In this document: positions 24,931 to 37,749 of the stretch, in pieces
Layout: every line of letters starts with the position of its first letter
How positions within the stretch are numbered: the first letter of the stretch is position 1
Assembly (NCBI GenBank): GCA_964016885.1
Contig: OZ024743.1
Coordinates: forward strand, 247,008,001-247,072,000
DNA: 64,000 bases
Direction of reading: 5' to 3'
Origin: Eledone cirrhosa
Lineage: Eukaryota
The notes under the pieces: generated by a model
The model's database searches: none
What the model saw: the letters and a program-made list of their open reading frames with translations, nothing else
Told to the model about the DNA's origin: nothing
Program-made: the position numbers and the translations under genes

Positions 24931-25127
24931 TTGGGAGACCAAACTTAATTCTGACTTGAAAAGTGTTGAGAAAACATGGTTGTATCATGAAATTGGTCGT
25001 TGTTATTTGGAACTAAAAGACTATGTACAAGCACTTAACTATGGCCAGATGTCATTGACTGTTGCTGAAGAAATTGAAGATGAAGATTGGGAAATGAATG
25101 CTGCTCTACTTTGTGCTCAAAGTTTCG
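24931..25127 (+). CDS. TTC25: TTC25/ODAD4 coding exon 9
   Basis: ggcAG|T TGG...TTC G|GTATGA; EKTWLYHEIGRCYLEL...WEMNAALLCAQS resembles EKTWLFHEIGRCYLEL...WQLNASVLVAQA. Confidence 0.95.
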
Positions 25128-25599
25128 GTATGATCATATATGAATTTTTTTCATGGGATGTAGCTGATAAATACAGACATATTTTATAATTTGATATCAT
25201 TCTAAAACTTCTTTTTCCATTCATATTCCTTTTCTTCTTTTACTATGCTTTGATAAGGGGTTTAACCTGAAACATCAGATCCCTTTCTTTCCTTTTTCAT
25301 TCAGCATAATTTTTTTCATATTGCTCTGATCGATTGACAAGATCCCAGACCTCATTTACTTGTTGAGTGGGGTGACCTCATCAATCAGACTAAGGAAGCA
25401 ATGTTTCCAATGGTCTTTCCATTGCTTATACTATCTATTGGTCGCAACTCCTGGCAGAAGGAGCAATGTGAAATAAAGTGTCTTGCTCAAGGACACAACG
25501 CATCACCCAGTCCAAGAATTGAACTCGCAACCTCACGATTGCGAATCCAACTGTCTAAGCACTATATAGCCTTCACTATATATATATATACATCATATA

Positions 25600-26290
25600 T
25601 ACTACCATCATCATTATTTTGTCTGCTTTTCCATGCTTGCATTCCTTCATCATCTTCTCTGTGAGGTTCACTGATTTGAGATCAGCTCTCACAACCTCTG
25701 CCCATGTCTTCCTTGGTCTCCCTCTACTGCAGCTTCCTTCCATTAGGATTTTTTGGCACTTCTTCATGCAATGATCATTATCCATACACATCACATAACC
25801 ATACCAACACAATCATCTTTCCTGCATACACCTTGTATCCAGCTTTTCTCTCAGCTCATCCACACTTTGTTGTTCACAAACATTAACATTGCACATCCAT
25901 CAGAGCATGCTTGTTTTATTCCTCTCTAGCCTTTGCATATTCTCTGCATTCATTGCCTGTATGCAACTTGGCACTTTACACCCAGGCATCATAGAGAGAA
26001 ACCTTTTGCTGTCAACAGATGTAGTTGTTCTGTGAACTTTTTCAATCCACTAAACAGATGACCTAGATAGCAGAAGCTATCAACCACTGTTATGGATCCT
26101 TCCTGAGATTCGAAAGGTATATTTCACTGATGCTCCTACCACCAACTATTCCTGTACATTTGCCAAATACTAAGTCTACCTTCTCTGTTAATATGCTTGC
26201 TATCTTACTACACCTCTTGTGTACCAAAGATTTACAATGTGTACATCATATAGAGTTTCTGCCTATGCTCATCATATAGATATTTCTCAG
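25600..26290 (-). mobile_element. Degenerate RTE LINE 3' fragment
   Basis: WYGYVMCM...GRPRKTWAEVVRADL remnant and (GAT)n-like tail; similar remnants at ~45190-45500 (-) and ~55990-56310 (+). Confidence 0.7.
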
Positions 26291-26601
26291 CACTTCTTTA
26301 TATAGCTATCATCTTCAATATGCATTACTCCTCTCTCTTGCACACTACATCCAATTCTTCCAGTACCTAATTTTACTCACAGTTCAATTATGCTATGGTG
26401 TTCATGCCCATTAAATATACACATTCACTAGAGCTTGGTTCATTTCTTTCTAGCTTTCGAAGATCTTCTGTTATCAATACCCATATCTTACTATCATGTA
26501 GCATTACAGTTCATGAGCAAACATCATAGTCTACTGGTGACTCTAAGAGAGAGAAGCTCTTTATCATCATCATTTAATGTACTTGTATTTGTATATTTCA
26601 G

Positions 26602-26841
26602 CATGTGATAAAAAAGTAAGCAGTGCTGTGCAACATTACCAGAAAGTTATTAACATTGCACAGAAACAAGGCAGGGTTGAAGTTGAAGATAGAATCAGAA
26701 AAGTCATGCAAGACTTGAAGTTTGGAGCATCTGAAGAGGAAGAAGAAGAAGAAGAAGAAGAAGAAGAAGGAGAGAAATCCACTGGTAAATCTAGTCCTGA
26801 GGAGGAACAGAACCATGAAGATGAACCAGGTTCTGGCAATG
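26602..26841 (+). CDS. TTC25: TTC25/ODAD4 coding exon 10 (last TPR helix plus poly-Glu)
   Basis: tttcAG|CA TGT...AAT G|GTCAGT; ACDKKVSSAVQHYQKVINIAQKQG... then 12 Glu encoded largely by (GAA)n at 26733-26768; phase 1/1. Confidence 0.85.
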
Positions 26842-27265
26842 GTCAGTTAAGTAGCCTGAATATTTATTGTTAATCCTTTCATTACCATAATTCTTTTGAA
26901 AGACATTGTCTATAATTTTCAAATCATTTTGAAAATATTTAACAATTTGGAGTAATTTAGTAAAATAACTAACTTTCTCATTATTAATATGGTTCTTACA
27001 TAAAAGTATTGCGGAATGTTTTTGATACTTTGAAATAAACAGCTTTGTATTACAGAACCATAGCAGTTTCAGACAGGTTGGTATCAAACGGATTTAAAGA
27101 GTTCATACTGGGGATAAAAAAAGAGAAAAGGAAAGGAGAGGTTAAGACACCATCTATCTGTCTAGCCATCCATATATATATATATATGCATACCATGCAT
27201 ATACCCTTGTTAGTAGAAAAAAGTTCAATGATGATGATGATGATATTATTGTTTATTATTATTAG

Positions 27266-27334
27266 AAGACTACAATGAAGACTTTGAAGGAGAAAGTTCT
27301 GAGAATAATGATGGTAAAGAGCACTATGAAACAG
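27266..27334 (+). CDS. TTC25: TTC25/ODAD4 acidic exon 11
   Basis: attAG|AA GAC...ACA G|GTATGT; 69 nt, open in frame: EDYNEDFEGESSENNDGKEHYET. Confidence 0.7.
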
Positions 27335-27364
27335 GTATGTTAGAGTGTGTTGTGAATATATTTA

Positions 27365-30300
27365 AGGGTAAAGACCCCCTTTGATCATGAATGACCATGG
27401 TATTTACACCTAGAAAGTTCCCCTCCAGGGCACAAGCCTGGGCAAGGCGTTTTTGTGGAAGACCAGATGAAGCCACGTGTGTCTGTGTCCCCACTCAATG
27501 TCACCAATGTCTGAGAGAAAGGTCATGTGTGTCTGTCTCCCCACTCAATGTCACCAATGTCTGAGAGAAAGGTCATGTGTGTCTGTCTCCCCACTCAATG
27601 TCACCAATGTCTGAGAGAAAGGTCATGTGTGTCTGTCTCCCCACTCTATGTCACCAATGTCTGAGAGAAAGGTCATGTGTGTCTGTCTCCCCACTCTATA
27701 TCACCAATGTCTGAGAGAAAGGTCATGTGTGTCTGTCTCCCCACTCTATGTCACCAATGTCTGAGAGAAAGGTCATGTATGTCTGTCTCCCCACTCTATG
27801 TCACCAATGTCTGAGAGAAAGGTCATGTGTGTCTGTCTCCCCATTCTATGTCAGCAATGTCTGAGAGAAAGGTCATGTGTGTCTGTCTCCCCACTCTATG
27901 TCACCAATGTCTGAGAGAAAGGTCATGTATGTCTGTCTCCCCACTCTATATCACCAATGTCTGAGAGAAAGGTCATGTGTGTCTGTCTCCCCACTCTATA
28001 TCACCAATGTCTGAGAGAAAGGTCATGTGTGTCTGTCTCCCCACTCTATGTAACCAATGTCTGAGAGAAAGGTCATGTGTGTCTGTCTCCCCATTCTATG
28101 TCACCAATGTCTGAGAGAAAGGTCATGTGTGTCTGTCTCCCCACTCTATATCACCAATGTCTGAGAGAAAGGTCATGTGTGTCTGTCTCCCCACTCTATG
28201 TCACCAATGTCTGAGAGAAAGGTCATGTATGTCTGTCTCCCCACTCTATGTCACCAATGTCTGAGAGAAAGGTCATGTGTGTCTGTCTCCCCATTCTATG
28301 TCACCAATGTCTGAGAGAAAGGTCATGTGTGTCTGTCTCCCCACTCTATGTCACCAATGTCTGAGAGAAAGGTCATGTATGTCTGTCTCCCCACTCTATG
28401 TCACCAATGTCTGAGAGAAAGGTCATGTGTGTCTGTCTCTCCACTCTATGTCACCAATGTCTGAGAGAAAGGTCATGTATGTCTGTCTCCCCACTCTATG
28501 TCACCAATGTCTGAGAGAAAGGTCATGTGTGTCTGTCTCCCCATTCTATGTCACCAATGTCTGAGAGAAAGGTCATGTGTGTCTGTCTCCCCACTCTATG
28601 TCACCAATGTCTGAGAGAAAGGTCATGTATGTCTGTCTCCCCACTCTATATCACCAATGTCTGAGAGAAAGGTCATGTGTGTCTGTCTCCCCACTCTATA
28701 TCACCAATGTCTGAGAGAAAGGTCATGTGTGTCTGTCTCCCCACTCTATGTAACCAATGTCTGAGAGAAAGGTCATGTGTGTCTGTCTCCCCACTCTATG
28801 TCACCAATGTCTGAGAGAAAGGTCATGTATGTCTGTCTCCCCACTCTATGTCACCAATGTCTGAGAGAAAGGCCATGTGTGTCTGTCTCCCCACTCTATG
28901 TCACCAATGTCTGAGAGAAAGGCCATGTGTGTCTGTCTCCCCACTCTATATCGCCAATGTCTGAGAGAAAGGTCATGTGTGTCTGTCTCCCCACTCTATA
29001 TCGCCAATGTCTGAGAGAAAGGCCATGTGTGTCTGTCTCCCCACTCTATGTCACCAATGTCTGAGAGAAAGGTCATGTATGTCTGTCTCCCCACTCTATA
29101 TCACCAATGTCTGAGAGAAAGGTCATGTGTGTCTGTCTCCCCACTCTATGTCACCAATGTCTGAGAGAAAGGTCATGTGGGTCTGTCTCCCCACTCTATG
29201 TCACCAATGTCTGAGAGAAAGGTCATGTGTGTCTGTCTCCCCACTCTATGTCACCAATGTCTGAGAGAAAGGTCATGTATGTCTGTCTCCCCATTCTATG
29301 TCACCAATGTCTGAGAGAAAGGTCATGTGGGTCTGTCCCCCCCACTCTATGTCACCAATGTCTGAGAGAAAGGCCATGTGTGTCTGTCTCCCCACTCTAT
29401 GTCACCAATGTCTGAGAGAAAGGCCATGTGTGTCTGTCTCCCCACTCTATGTCACCAATGTCTGAGAGAAAGGTCATGTGTGTCTGTCTCCCCACTCTAT
29501 GTCACCAATGTCTGAGAGAAAGGCCATGTATGTCTGTCTCCCCACTCTATATCACCAATGTCCGAGAGAAATGTCATGTATGTCTGTCTCCCCACTCTAT
29601 ATCACCAATGTCTGAGAGAAAGGTCATGTGTGTCTGTCTCCCCACTCTGTCACCAATGTCTGAGAGAAAGGTCATGTGTGTCTGTCTCCCCACTCTATAT
29701 CACCAATGTCTGAGAGAAAGGTCATGTATGTCTGTCTCCCCACTCTATGTCAGCAATGTCTGAGAGAAAGGCCATGTGTGCCTGTCTCCCCACTCTATAT
29801 CACCAATGTCCGAGAGAAAGGCCATGTGTGTCTGTCTCCCCACTCTATGTCAGCAATGTCTGAGAGAAAGGCCATGTGTGTCTGTCTCCCCACTCTATAT
29901 CACCAATGTCTGAGAGAAAGGTCATGTATGTCTGTCTCCCCACTCTATGTCAGCAATGTCTGAGAGAAAGGCCATGTGTGTCTGTCTCCCCACTCTATAT
30001 CACCAATGTCCGAGAGAAAGGCCATGTGTGTCTGTCTCCCCACTCTATGTCAGCAATGTCTGAGAGAAAGGCCATGTGTGTCTGTTTCCCCACTCTATGT
30101 CACCAATGTCTGAGAGAAAGGTCATGTATGTCTGTCTCCCCACTCTATATCACCAATGTCTGAGAGAAAGGTCATGTATGTCTGTCTCCCCACTCTATAT
30201 CACCAATGTCCGAGAGAAAGGTCATGTGTGTCTGTCTCCCCACTCTATGTCAGCAATGTCTGAGAGAAAGGCCATGTGTGTCTGTTTCCCCACTCTATGT

Positions 30301-33300
30301 CACCAATGTCTGAGAGAAAGGTCATGTGTGTCTGTCTCCCCACTCTATGTCAGCAATGTCTGAGAGAAAGGCCATGTGTGTCTGTCTCCCCACTCTGTCA
30401 CCAATGTCTGAGAGAAAGGTCATGTGTGTCTGTCTCCCCACTCTATATCACCAATGTCTGAGAGAAAGGTCATGTATGTCTGTCTCCCCACTCTATGTCA
30501 GAAATGTCTGAGAGAAAGGTCATGTATGTCTGTCTCCCCACTCTATATCACCAATGTCTGAGAGAAAGGCCATGTGTGTCTGTTTCCCCACTCTATGTCA
30601 CCAATGTCTGAGAGAAAGGTCATGTATGTCTGTCTCCCCACTCTATATCACCAATGTCTGAGAGAAAGGTCATGTATGTCTGTCTCCCCACTCTATATCA
30701 CCAATGTCTGAGAGAAAGGTCATGTGTGTCTGTCTCCCCACTCTATGTCAGCAATGTCTGAGAGAAAGGCCATGTGTGTCTGTCTCCCCACTCTATGTCA
30801 CCAATGTCTGAGAGAAAGGTCATGTATGTCTGTCTCCCCACTCTATATCACGAATGTCTGAGAGAAAGGCCATGTGTGTCTGTTTCCCCACTCTATGTCA
30901 CCAATGTCTGAGAGAAAGGTCATGTATGTCTGTCTCCCCACTCTATATCACCAATGTCTGAGAGAAAGGTCATGTATGTCTGTCTCCCCACTCTATATCA
31001 CCAATGTCTGAGAGAAAGGTCATGTGTGTCTGTCTCCCCACTCTATGTCAGCAATGTCTGAGAGAAAGGCCATGTGTGTCTGTCTCCCCACTCTATGTCA
31101 CCAATGTCTGAGAGAAAGGTCATGTGTGTCTGTCTCCCCACTCTATGTCAGCAATGTCTGAGAGAAAGGTCATGTGTGTCTGTCTCCCCACTCTATGTCA
31201 GCAATGTCTGAGAGAAAGGTCATGTGGGTCTGTCTCCCCACTCGATGTCACCAATGTCTGAGAGAAAGCCCATGTGTGTCTGTCTCCCCACTCTATGTCA
31301 CCAATGTCTGAGAGAAAGGTCATGTATGTCTGTCTCCCCACTCTATGTCACCAATGTCTGAGAGAAAGGTCATGTGTGTCTGTCTCCCCACTCTATGTCA
31401 CCAATGTCTGAGAGAAAGGCCATGTGTGTCTGTCTCCCCACTCTATGTCACCAATGTCTGAGAAAGGTCATGTGTGTCTGTCTCCCCACTCTATGTCACC
31501 AATGTCTGAGAGAAAGGTCATGTGTGTCTGTCTCCCCACTCTATGTCACCAATGTCTGAGAAAGGCCATGTGTGTATGTCTCCCCACTCTATGTCACCAA
31601 TGTCTGAGAGAAAGGTCATGTGTGTCTGTCTCCCCACTCTATGTCACCAATGTCTGAGAGAAAGGCCATGTATGTCTGTCTCCCCACTCTATGTCACCAA
31701 TGTCTGAGAGAAAGGTCATGTATGTCTGTCTCCCCACTCAATGTCACCAATGTCTGAGAGAAAGGTCATGTGTGTCTGTCTCCCCACTCTATGTCACCAA
31801 TGTCTGAGAGAAAGGCCATGTGTGTCTGTCTCCCCACTCTATGTCACCAATGTCTGAGAGAAAGGTCATGTGTGTCTGTCTCCCCACTCTATGTCACCAA
31901 TGTCTGAGAGAAAGGTCATGTATGTCTGTCTCCCCATTCTATGTCACCAATGTCTGAGAGAAAGGTCATGTGGGTCTGTCCCCCCCACTCTATGTCACCA
32001 ATGTCTGAGAGAAAGGCCATGTGTGTCTGTCTCCCCACTCTATGTCACCAATGTCTGAGAGAAAGGCCATGTGTGTCTGTCTCCCCACTCTATGTCACCA
32101 ATGTCTGAGAGAAAGGTCATGTGTGTCTGTCTCCCCACTCTATGTCACCAATGTCTGAGAGAAAGGTCATGTGTGTCTGTCTCCCCACTCTATGTCACAA
32201 ATGTCTGAGAGAAAGGTCATGTATGTCTGTCTCCCCACTCTATATCACCAATGTCTGAGAGAAAGGCCATGTGTGTCTGTCTCCCCACTCTATGTCACCA
32301 ATGTCTGAGAGAAAGGCCATGTGTGTCTGTCTCCCCACTCTATGTCACCAATGTCTGAGAGAAAGGCCATGTGTGTCTGTCTCCCCACTCTATGTCACAA
32401 ATGTCTGAGAGAAAGGTCATGTGTGTCTGTCTCCCCACTCTATATCGCCAATGTCTGAGAGAAAGGCCATGTGTGTCTGTCTCCCCACTCTATGTCACCA
32501 ATGTCTGAGAGAAAGGTCATGTATGTCTGTCTCCCCACTCTATATCACCAATGTCTGAGAGAAAGGTCATGTGTGTCTGTCTCCCCACTCTATGTCACCA
32601 ATGTCTGAGAGAAAGGTCATGTGTGTCTGTCTCCCCACTCTATATCGCCAATGTCTGAGAGAAAGGTCATGTGTGTCTGTCTCCCCACTCTATGTCACCA
32701 ATGTCTGAGAGAAAGGTCATGTGTGTCTGTCTCCCCATTCTATGTCACCAATGTCTGAGAGAAAGGTCATGTGTGTCTGTCTCCCCATTCTATGTCACCA
32801 ATGTCTGAGAGAAAGGCCATGTGTGTCTGTCTCCCCACTCTATGTCACCAATGTCTGAGAGAAAGGTCATGTGTGTCTGTCTCCCCACTCTATGTCACCA
32901 ATGTCTGAGAGAAAGGTCATGTGTGTCTGTCTCCCCACTCTATGTCACCAATGTCTGAGAGAAAGTTCATGTATGTCTGTCTCCCCATTCTATGTCACCA
33001 ATGTCTGAGAGAAAGGTCATGTGTGTCTGTCTCCCCATTCTATGTCACCAATGTCTGAGAGAAAGGCCATGTGTGTCTGTCTCCCCACTCTATGTCACCA
33101 ATGTCTGAGAGAAAGGTCATGTGTGTCTGTCTCCCCACTCTATGTCACCAATGTCTGAGAGAAAGGTCATGTGTGTCTATGTCACCAATGTCTGAGAGAA
33201 AGTTCATGTATGTCTGTCTCCCCATTCTATGTCACCAATGTCTGAGAGAAAGGTCATGGGTGTCTGTCTCCCCATTCTATGTCACCAATGTCTGAGAGAA

Positions 33301-36300
33301 AGGCCATGTGTGTCTGTCTCCCCACTCTGTCACCAATGTCTGAGAGAAAGGTCATGTGTGTCTGTCTCCCCACTCTATGTCACCAATGTCTGAGAGAAAG
33401 GTCATGTGTGTCTGTCTCCCCACTCTATGTCACCAATGTCTGAGAGAAAGGCCATGTGTGTCTGTCTCCCCACTCTATGTCACCAATGTCTGAGAAAGGT
33501 CATGTGTGTCTGTCTCCCCACTCTATGTCACCAATGTCTGAGAGAAAGGTCATGTGTGTCTGTCTCCCCACTCTATGTCACCAATGTCTGAGAAAGGCCA
33601 TGTGTGTATGTCTCCCCACTCTATGTCACCAATGTCTGAGAGAAAGGTCATGTGTGTCTGTCTCCCCACTCTATGTCACCAATGTCTGAGAGAAAGGCCA
33701 TGTATGTCTGTCTCCCCACTCTATGTCACCAATGTCTGAGAGAAAGGTCATGTATGTCTGTCTCCCCACTCAATGTCACCAATGTCTGAGAGAAAGGTCA
33801 TGTGTGTCTGTCTCCCCACTCTATGTCACCAATGTCTGAGAGAAAGGCCATGTGTGTCTGTCTCCCCACTCTATGTCACCAATGTCTGAGAGAAAGGTCA
33901 TGTGTGTCTGTCTCCCCACTCTATGTCACCAATGTCTGAGAGAAAGGTCATGTGTGTCTGTCTCCCCACTCTATGTCACAAATGTCTGAGAGAAAGGTCA
34001 TGTATGTCTGTCTCCCCACTCTATATCACCAATGTCTGAGAGAAAGGCCATGTGTGTCTGTCTCCCCACTCTATGTCACCAATGTCTGAGAGAAAGGCCA
34101 TGTGTGTCTGTCTCACCACTCTATGTCACCAATGTCTGAGAGAAAGGCCATGTGTGTCTGTCTCCCCACTCTATGTCACCAATGTTTGAGAGAAAGGTCA
34201 TGTGTGTCTGTCTCCCCACTCTATGTCACCAATGTCTGAGAGAAAGGCCATGTGTGTCTGTCTCCCCACTCTATGTCACCAATGTCTGAGAGAAAGGTAA
34301 TGTGTGTCTGTCTCCCCACTCTATGTCACCAATGTCTGAGAGAAAGGCCATGTGTGTCTGTCTCACCACTCTATGTCACCAATGTCTGAGAGAAAGGCCA
34401 TGTGTGTCTGTCTCCCCACTCTATGTCACCAATGTCTGAGAGAAAGGCCATGTGTGTCTGTCTCCCCACTCTATGTCACCAATGTCTGAGAGAAAGGCCA
34501 TGTGTGTCTGTCTCCCCACTCTATGTCACCAATGTCTGAGAGAAAGGTCATGTGTGTCTGTCTCCCCACTCTATGTCACCAATGTCTGAGAGAAAGGCCA
34601 TGTGTGTCTGTCTCCCCACTCTATGTCACCAATGTCTGAGAGAAAGGTCATGTGTGTCTGTCTCCCCACTCTATGTCACCAATGTCTGAGAGAAAGGTCA
34701 TGTGTGTCTGTCTCCCCACTCTATGTCACAAATGTCTGAGAGAAAGGTCATGTATGTCTGTCTCCCCACTCTATATCACCAATGTCTGAGAGAAAGGCCA
34801 TGTGTGTCTGTCTCCCCACTCTATGTCACCAATGTCTGAGAGAAAGGCCATGTGTGTCTGTCTCCCCACTCTATGTCACCAATGTCTGAGAGAAAGGCCA
34901 TGTGTGTCTGTCTCCCCACTCTATGTCACCAATGTCTGAGAGAAAGGTCATGTGTGTCTGTCTCCCCACTCTATATCGCCAATGTCTGAGAGAAAGGCCA
35001 TGTGTGTCTGTCTCCCCACTCTATGTCACCAATGTCTGAGAGAAAGGTCATGTATGTCTGTCTCCCCACTCTATATCACCAATGTCTGAGAGAAAGGTCA
35101 TGTGTGTCTGTCTCCCCACTCTATGTCACCAATGTCTGAGAGAAAGGTCATGTGTGTCTGTCTCCCCACTCTATATCGCCAATGTCTGAGAGAAAGGTCA
35201 TGTGTGTCTGTCTCCCCACTCTATGTCACCAATGTCTGAGAGAAAGGTCATGTGTGTCTGTCTCCCCACTCTATGTCACCAATGTCTGAGAGAAAGTCAT
35301 GTGTGTCTGTCTCCCCACTCTATGTCACAAATGTCTGAGAGAAAGGTCATGTATGTCTGTCTCCCCACTCTATATCACCAATGTCTGAGAGAAAGGCCAT
35401 GTGTGTCTGTCTCCCCACTCTATGTCACCAATGTCTGAGAGAAAGGCCATGTGTGTCTGTCTCCCCACTCTATGTCACCAATGTCTGAGAGAAAGGCCAT
35501 GTGTGTCTGTCTCCCCACTCTATGTCACCAATGTCTGAGAGAAAGGCCATGTGTGTCTGTCTCCCCACTCTATGTCACCAATGTCTGAGAGAAAGGCCAT
35601 GTGTGTCTGTCTCCCCACTCTATGTCACCAATGTCTGAGAGAAAGGTCATGTGTGTCTGTCTCCCCACTCTATGTCACCAATGTCTGAGAGAAAGGTCAT
35701 GTGTGTCTGTCTCCCCACTCTATGTCACAAATGTCTGAGAGAAAGGTCATGTATGTCTGTCTCCCCACTCTATATCACCAATGTCTGAGAGAAAGGCCAT
35801 GTGTGTCTGTCTCCCCACTCTATGTCACCAATGTCTGAGAGAAAGGCCATGTGTGTCTGTCTCCCCACTCTATGTCACCAATGTCTGAGAGAAAGGCCAT
35901 GTGTGTCTGTCTCCCCACTCTATGTCACCAATGTCTGAGAGAAAGGTCATGTGTGTCTGTCTCCCCACTCTATATCGCCAATGTCTGAGAGAAAGGCCAT
36001 GTGTGTCTGTCTCCCCACTCTATGTCACCAATGTCTGAGAGAAAGGTCATGTATGTCTGTCTCCCCACTCTATATCACCAATGTCTGAGAGAAAGGTCAT
36101 GTGTGTCTGTCTCCCCACTCTATGTCACCAATGTCTGAGAGAAAGGTCATGTGGGTCTGTCTCCCCACTCTATGTCACCAATGTCTGAGAGAAAGGTCAT
36201 GTGTGTCTGTCTCCCCACTCTATGTCACCAATGTCTGAGAGAAAGGTCATGTGTGTCTGTCTCCCCACTCTATGTCACCAATGTCTGAGAGAAAGGCCAT

Positions 36301-36923
36301 GTGTGTCTGTCTCCCCACTCTATGTCACCAATGTCTGAGAGAAAGGTCATGTGTGTCTGTCTCCCCACTCTATGTCACCAATGTCTGAGAGAAAGGTCAT
36401 GTATGTCTGTCTCCCCATTCTATGTCACCAATGTCTGGGAAAAAGGTCATGTGGGTCTGTCCCCCCCACTCTATGTCACCAATGTCTGAGAGAAAGGCCA
36501 TGTGTGTCTGTCTCCCCACTCTATGTCACCAATGTCTGAGAGAAAGGTCATGTGTGTCTGTCTCCCCATTCTATGTCACCAATGTCTGAGAGAAAGGTCA
36601 TGTATGTCTGTCTCCCCACTCTATGTCACCAATGTCTGAGAGAAAGGCCATGTGTTTCTGTCTCCCCACTCTATGTCACCAATGTCTGAGAGAAAGGTCA
36701 TGTATGTCTGTCTCCCCACTCTATGTCACCAATGTCTGAGAGAAAGGCCATGTGTATCTGTCTCCCCACTCTATGTCACCAATGTCTGAGAGAAAGGTCA
36801 TGTGTGTCTGTCTCCCCACTCTATGTCACCAATGTCTGAGAGAAAGGTCATGTAAGTGATGTCACAATTCATTTTTTCCCAGCTGAGTGAACTGGAGCAA
36901 TGTAAAATAAAGTGTCTTGCTCA
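27365..36923 (-). mobile_element. CORE-like SINE split by an internal satellite expansion
   Basis: The flanks 27365-27475 and 36853-36923 align in order with the uninterrupted relative at ~41185-41460. Confidence 0.6.
27476..36852. repeat. 50-bp satellite, ~9.4 kb (~187 units), intron 11
   Basis: Unit tgtgtgtctgtctccccactctatgtcaccaatgtctgagagaaaggtca with recurrent variants. Confidence 0.98.
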
Positions 36924-37534
36924 TATATATATTCTTTTATCCTTTTATTAGTTTCAGTCATCAGACTGCAGCCATGCTTGAGCACCACCTTGATTTTAAT
37001 CAATCATATTACCCACCAGTACTTATTTTTTTCAAGTCTGTTATTTATTTTATCCTACCTTCTTTATCAAATTGTTTAACAATTTAAGACATAAAACACA
37101 TACATAGACATATGGAGGGGCACCACCACTCTACACACACCTATATATATATATATATAAGGATGGATTCCGTTTGAAACTGGTTAGGCCATTACCCAAA
37201 GACTACTCGATACTTGAGATAGTAGAGTATGACTATATTGTATAAAGTCTGGAACTGGCAGTTGAAACGGCAAGAGCTCAGATGTTGGGGTCATGACTCT
37301 TTATAATTTATATATATGTGTGTGTGTGTGTGTGATCTGCAGTTTCTGTCTACCAAATTCCACTGACATGGCATTGGTGAAACCTCTAGGCTATATTAAA
37401 AGACATTTGACCAAGGTACCACCAAACATGACTGAACATAGAACCACATGGTTGTGAAGTGAATTCCTTAGCCACACAGCCATATATTTCATGTATTATT
37501 CTATTTATGATTTTTTTTTCATTATGAATTGCAG

Positions 37535-37606
37535 ATGATTACAAGACTGAGGAATGTGGAGGAGGAGATGCCACTAATAATGACAATCCAGAATCTAATG
37601 AAGCAG
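37535..37606 (+). CDS. TTC25: TTC25/ODAD4 acidic exon 12
   Basis: Polypyrimidine tract, then gcAG|AT GAT...GCA G|GTGTGT; 72 nt, in frame: DDYKTEECGGGDATNNDNPESNEA. Confidence 0.65.
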
Positions 37607-37749
37607 GTGTGTTACAGAATGTCTATAAAAATATGTACCTTTCCTAATAGTACATTAACCCATTTGTTACCATATTTTTCATGAAACATGTGTATATTTT
37701 TAAATTAATTTTGAAAATCAAGAATTTGAAGGAATTAAATAAGATAAAA

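Noticed and set aside
17631-36852. Long regular repeat arrays as CRISPR arrays or repeat-protein genes
   Set aside because: Units are contiguous with no unique spacers and no cas genes. The ORFs (MTIFHHPS..., MCLSPHSM...) are short translations of intronic satellites.
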